Origin: Acanthaster planci
Lineage: Eukaryota
Length of the DNA: 64,000 bases
Reading direction: 5' to 3'
NCBI RefSeq assembly: GCF_001949145.1
Contig: NW_019091355.1
Location: 5,667,068 to 5,731,067, forward strand
This document shows positions 59,401 to 64,000 of the stretch, one piece after another; the stretch's first letter is position 1, and each line of letters opens with the position of its first letter. Below the pieces are notes generated by a model. It was not told the origin of the DNA. It saw only the letters and a list, made by a program, of their open reading frames with translations, and did no database searches. Both the position numbers and the translations under genes were made by a program.

Positions 59401-62400
59401 AAAAACTGACGACGGCGCATCTCCATGTTACTATAGAGAACGACGGAGGAACCTTTCGGGGCAAAGCCATACTGGATAGGAAGAAAACAGAATATTTCAC
59501 AAACCAATAAATATCCATGTGCATCAGACTCCTTGAAAAAACTGCACAAGTCTTGGCAGTTGAAAGCTGATGTTTGTAATGAGGGAAGACATTTCACCAT
59601 TTCGAATTGTTTTGTGCTCTGCACACAATGGGAATGAACAGCTGGAATATTATGCAAGAAAGAATAGAAGGGTGAAAGGAATAGAAAAGGGGTAAGAGAA
59701 GGCAAAGAAATCCAGACTAAGGAGTAATTTGGAGAGAAGTGCCCATTATGGTTTCAATTTTGTATTGCTCTCTGACAGAAATACTCCACTAACCTTTGTA
59801 CCCTACTGTTTCAGTTAAGACTATTTTTTTCACACAGCATTCTCAGTATGGCGACTTTTTTCAAAAATATCTTAGCCCGAGTTTTATTTCCCTCAAAATA
59901 CAGCATAAAAACCAACTTTCCTATCAAGCTTTCCCATAAAGTACTTAATGTCAACTTTTTGAGCCTGCTCAATACCTTGTGAGTGTCTGCAGAAATGCTT
60001 GTTACACCTTTCAACCGGAAATCAAAAGGCGGTACAGGGAAGCCGGCTTTATCCATGAACGGGATGAGGAATCCTCCTAGACAGGCATCTACATGGACGG
60101 GGATGTCGTATTTCTCACCAAGCTATCCAAGTGAGAGCAAAATGACTTGGGACATTAGGAACATGTATTTGTAACGACACTGTCTGCCCCACATTGCCAT
60201 CACGTTATCAACCTTGAATCAGTCACATCATACAGTTCGATGGATGTCAGTTTGGTCGCCAAGAAGCACAAATCACACAAGAACAGTTGACTAGATACCG
60301 GTTTCTTACCTGCACATCTAGGCTGTATTTACCTGTTTCTGGTGTTAACATAACACTTCTCCCAAATGTATGGATAGACGAAGTGTAACCCACAGATGAG
60401 AGTATACACTCTTGCATCAAGGGGTTTTCAGGATAGCAGAAAGGTAACCATTAGCCATTTGAGGGATGTGATCTGAGAGTAATGTGCACACAGCAGTTAA
60501 CTGTGCCCTTGAGTACCAACAGCTGGACACACTGACATAACCCATGTTATTCTAAGGACCAGTCCATAATCACACGAGTAAAGTGATTTCAGTGATGTTC
60601 ATGATTACAGTTTCACAATCATGTTCATGACTCTAACCGATTTGAATCATTTTCAGATCTGGGCAAAATGTTTTCTGGAGTGCCATTTCTTTCTTGCCAC
60701 ACATAACACTTGACTACAAAACACTTGACTACATAACACAGGAATTGAATCAATTGAAGGGAAAATGTGAGAAACCATTTACCAGAGTGTTTATTATGGA
60801 GAACACTTACCTTAGCAATTGCCTCAATATCATCAAAGACTCCAGTGGGGAATGAAGGTGCTGACCCAACCAGCATGCAGGTTCTGCTACTGATTGCTCG
60901 TTTCATTGCCTGAGTAACAAAACAAGGAAATTCTCACACAGAGCTAAAGTTGTGAGGAGTTACTTTCTGACCCGAGTTGAGTCACTGTAACCTAGTGACT
61001 CGAGTCGAGTAATTAGGCAAAAAAGTCAAGTCAAATCCTTAGCTCAAGTCAATTTGAGTCACCACAATATTTTAACACAATGTGATCAGTAAAAACAGGA
61101 GAGAAAGTCATTTTGTGGTATTTCTAAATTCTTCTCTGGGTTTCTGTACATGTGGTCTCACCACATCTTGCTCTTGATGATAACGCATGACATGAACATT
61201 ATAAATCCCGCAAAGTCACTGCAATTACATGTATATTTTTTTCACAAAGAAGTATGCTTTTATTTTTGAGACTTGAGACAGACGATCGGGATTTTTGTCA
61301 AAAGGCCGACTGAGACAATATGACGAGTTACGCAATGCCGACTTAGTCGGAGTTTACTGTATTACTATTTATTCGGCAGGTAATTTGCATTAATTCATCA
61401 ACCTTGGAAATTAGAAAATGTGTACTGAACTTAAAAAATCATGTCAGATGTGACAGGGACACAAAAAAAAATGGGCCCCTAATTTCTGGAATTACCCTAT
61501 TAGCACTGGCAAATGTACACACACTCGATCTGTTATTGTAGAGAAATCACACGTTGTATGATTGCAAATGTGAAGACCAGAAATCTTGTGTGGACATGAA
61601 TCAGTGCAAATAATCCCTACAATGCTCTATTAGGGAGGGCATATACTGGTACATGTACATGTACCAGTATATGCCTTGTGTAATTGTAAGAGGGTGCACT
61701 TTATAGGCCACCTGCACAAACACTTTATTGAGGACTCTATCTTCAGAGCAGGTAGACAGGTGGCTAGATGAGACACTGTAATGGAACACCTTAAGAGGCC
61801 TGTTTTAGTACACTACAAGCAATTATTGTGTCATCCTATCAATTCCCCCAACACGGTGGATTAGATTCTAAGATCTTCACGTGTATTTATAAATGCATTC
61901 ATAAATGCTGAGGCCATTAGAGCAGTTTATGACTACAGTGTGGTTCCTAGACTCACCTTGACCTTGACAGCGTGGGTTTTCTTATCCAGTGGGATGTGGA
62001 CCAGCCTCATACGGAAGTAGTGTGCCGCCTTGTCAAAGGCTGCATGCACACTCACAGGGGCCAGGCTAGAAGTCAATCAATAACAATCGACATGTTGAGT
62101 CATATTCTTCCCTTCTGCTTTTAACCACATGAAATACTCATTAGGTCAAGTCCAGATTTCTAGTACAAGTTTCTATCATCCCTGTTATGATTTCTCTTTA
62201 GCGAAGGCTCCCATAATTTATAGAGATGTCTGAATTTCCAGACTACAAAAACATTTAGAAAAAACTGAAACCTGCAAATTTTCATTTCTGCAATGATTTT
62301 ACAGAGATGCTAATCGGGGATGGCACATAAAAAGAGCGTTATCTCACCATTTTTAAAACCATGCTTTAAGGAAATTTCACAAATTATCCCTTGGACTGCT

Positions 62401-63485
62401 GAACAAGTACCAGCTAGAAAGTTCAGTTGGAGGGGCATGAGTGAAGTCTACATGTATGTAATCTGAGGGTCAAAGGTGGTAATCCTGCTGGGTTCATGAA
62501 GCCAGTTTTCGTCACAGTTTATTTGATGATAAAGCATAGTTAAACAGTCCATAATCTCTAGATAAGTCCTGTGCTGCACAGTCAACTGGACATGCTGGGT
62601 GGCAATCCCTAGTTAAACAGCCCACAGGAGTTAATTACTTTTTGCTGGACAACTCAGTTACTAGAGTGGTTTGAATTCAATTTCAATCCTCCTTGCTCAC
62701 TCTCAACAGCAGGTTTGTTCTCTCAGTCCATTTCCCTTTCAGCTCGCTAGATAAGTCATTTCGTATTTGTGTATGAATGTGGAATGGAAAAATAACTTTC
62801 TCTGCAGACATTTTTCTCTAATTAGCAACTAAACAGCATACAGCTGATAAAACAGTTCATTTAGCCTTGGAAACCTGGCTGTGCTAATTTATGATTCATT
62901 CCAAAAACAATCACAGGATGTGCAGGTCAGTGCAAACAAATGGTTGCCCTGATGTTTCCTGTACTTTTAAAGTAACAGCCCTTTCCTGTTTTAAGTGATA
63001 AAATAGGCCATCAAGTTGATTCATCATTTTATTTTACAACGACAACTAACACGGTGGGAATAAAGAAAATGTACATATTGACATACATGTACTGGGAGGC
63101 TAATGGTATTAACACTGGGACGTTCTTCACTGGCCCACTGTTAAGATCGATACTTTTACTAAATCACTGATCACTGAATGAAGCCAGAAGACCTGTACAT
63201 GTAGGACCAAAACTCTGGTGCTGCTTTTTCGCTCTCTGTGTCCCTTTAGGAGATTAGGATTTGCAAGGATTAGGTAAAGACTGTGTCGCCACGGTAATAG
63301 GCTGACACCTTTGCAACCCTCTGTTATGGGGCAGAGGATCATGAACACCCACTAGGTGCAACAGGCATTGCTAAGGGAATCTCTTTTTCTACGTACATTT
63401 CTGGAAATTCTATCCCTCTTTCTCTGGCCCGTTCCCTGCAGGCCAGACATGCCATAAGGATGCTCTCCGTCCCTCCTGAAGTCAT
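56439..63485 (-). CDS. SGPL1: Sphingosine-1-phosphate lyase (PLP-dependent), 3' part: 9 coding exons; 5' exons outside the window
   Basis: Exons 63485-63397 ([29 protein letters not shown]), 62065-61957 ([17 protein letters not shown]...), 60909-60811 ([23 protein letters not shown]...), 60122-59976 (...[11 protein letters not shown]...[20 protein letters not shown] lysine), 59471-59351 ([10 protein letters not shown]...[12 protein letters not shown]), 58470-58353 ([15 protein letters not shown]...), 57773-57627 (...[12 protein letters not shown]), 57266-57146 (FHMCVT...), 56567-56439 ([16 protein letters not shown]...*). All GT-AG with consistent phases. Confidence 0.97.
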
Positions 63486-64000
63486 CTGAGGAGGGGGGAA
63501 ATTATGCCATCATCAACGTCTCTCAAAGGCTTACATGTACCTCACAACAAACAGTAAACTTTGCAATGTAAACGTTTGAAACAAAATCTACATTATATAT
63601 TTTTCAAATGGTCAAAATGGATGCCAACTTGCAAAAATCGGACTGATATAATCCATTCCCTAGTTTCATTTTTCTCAGAAACAACATCTGTCATATTATT
63701 CAATCTAAAAAAAAATGACGACTTTGTGCTTGATCACATTTTAAAAAGTTTAAATTTGTACATTTTTTTTATCACAAGCACCTGTCAAGTATGTTTAAAG
63801 TACAGCTTTGATGCACATCATACTGTCAATACATGGCCAAGCCAATCTGTGCTCACCCTAATCTCCATGTTTATGGAACTACAGTATGGCATTGGCTAAA
63901 TATTTTTTATCTAATAGCACATGATAGTTTCACAAAATAAAATGCAACTTTGTATTCTTATGGTCATACTGAGAAATCCAGAGGTGGTAATCAAACAGGT

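Overview
Intron-rich animal (probably invertebrate) genomic DNA with three assembly gaps (4600-5142, 7612-7630, 23494-24253); species not identifiable from sequence. All host genes are on the minus strand and were reconstructed by hand from splice sites, because the ORF track shows only fragments. From right to left: (i) the last 9 coding exons of sphingosine-1-phosphate lyase SGPL1 (56439-63485; 5' part lies beyond the window); (ii) a tandem array of four intact, diverged sigma-class glutathione S-transferase genes with identical 5-exon architecture (GST-A 43845-48445, GST-B 34664-38059, GST-C 27718-31792, GST-D 12005-25977); (iii) a micro-exon gene (2016-5561) for a small secreted Cys-rich peptide precursor with signal peptide, RRKR cleavage site and short C-terminal tail, which I cannot assign to a known family and consider the most interesting item. 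Introns and spacers contain dead transposons (RTE LINE, piggyBac, Tc1, DIRS-like tyrosine-recombinase retroelement) and many MITEs. No tRNA, rRNA or CRISPR array was supportable.
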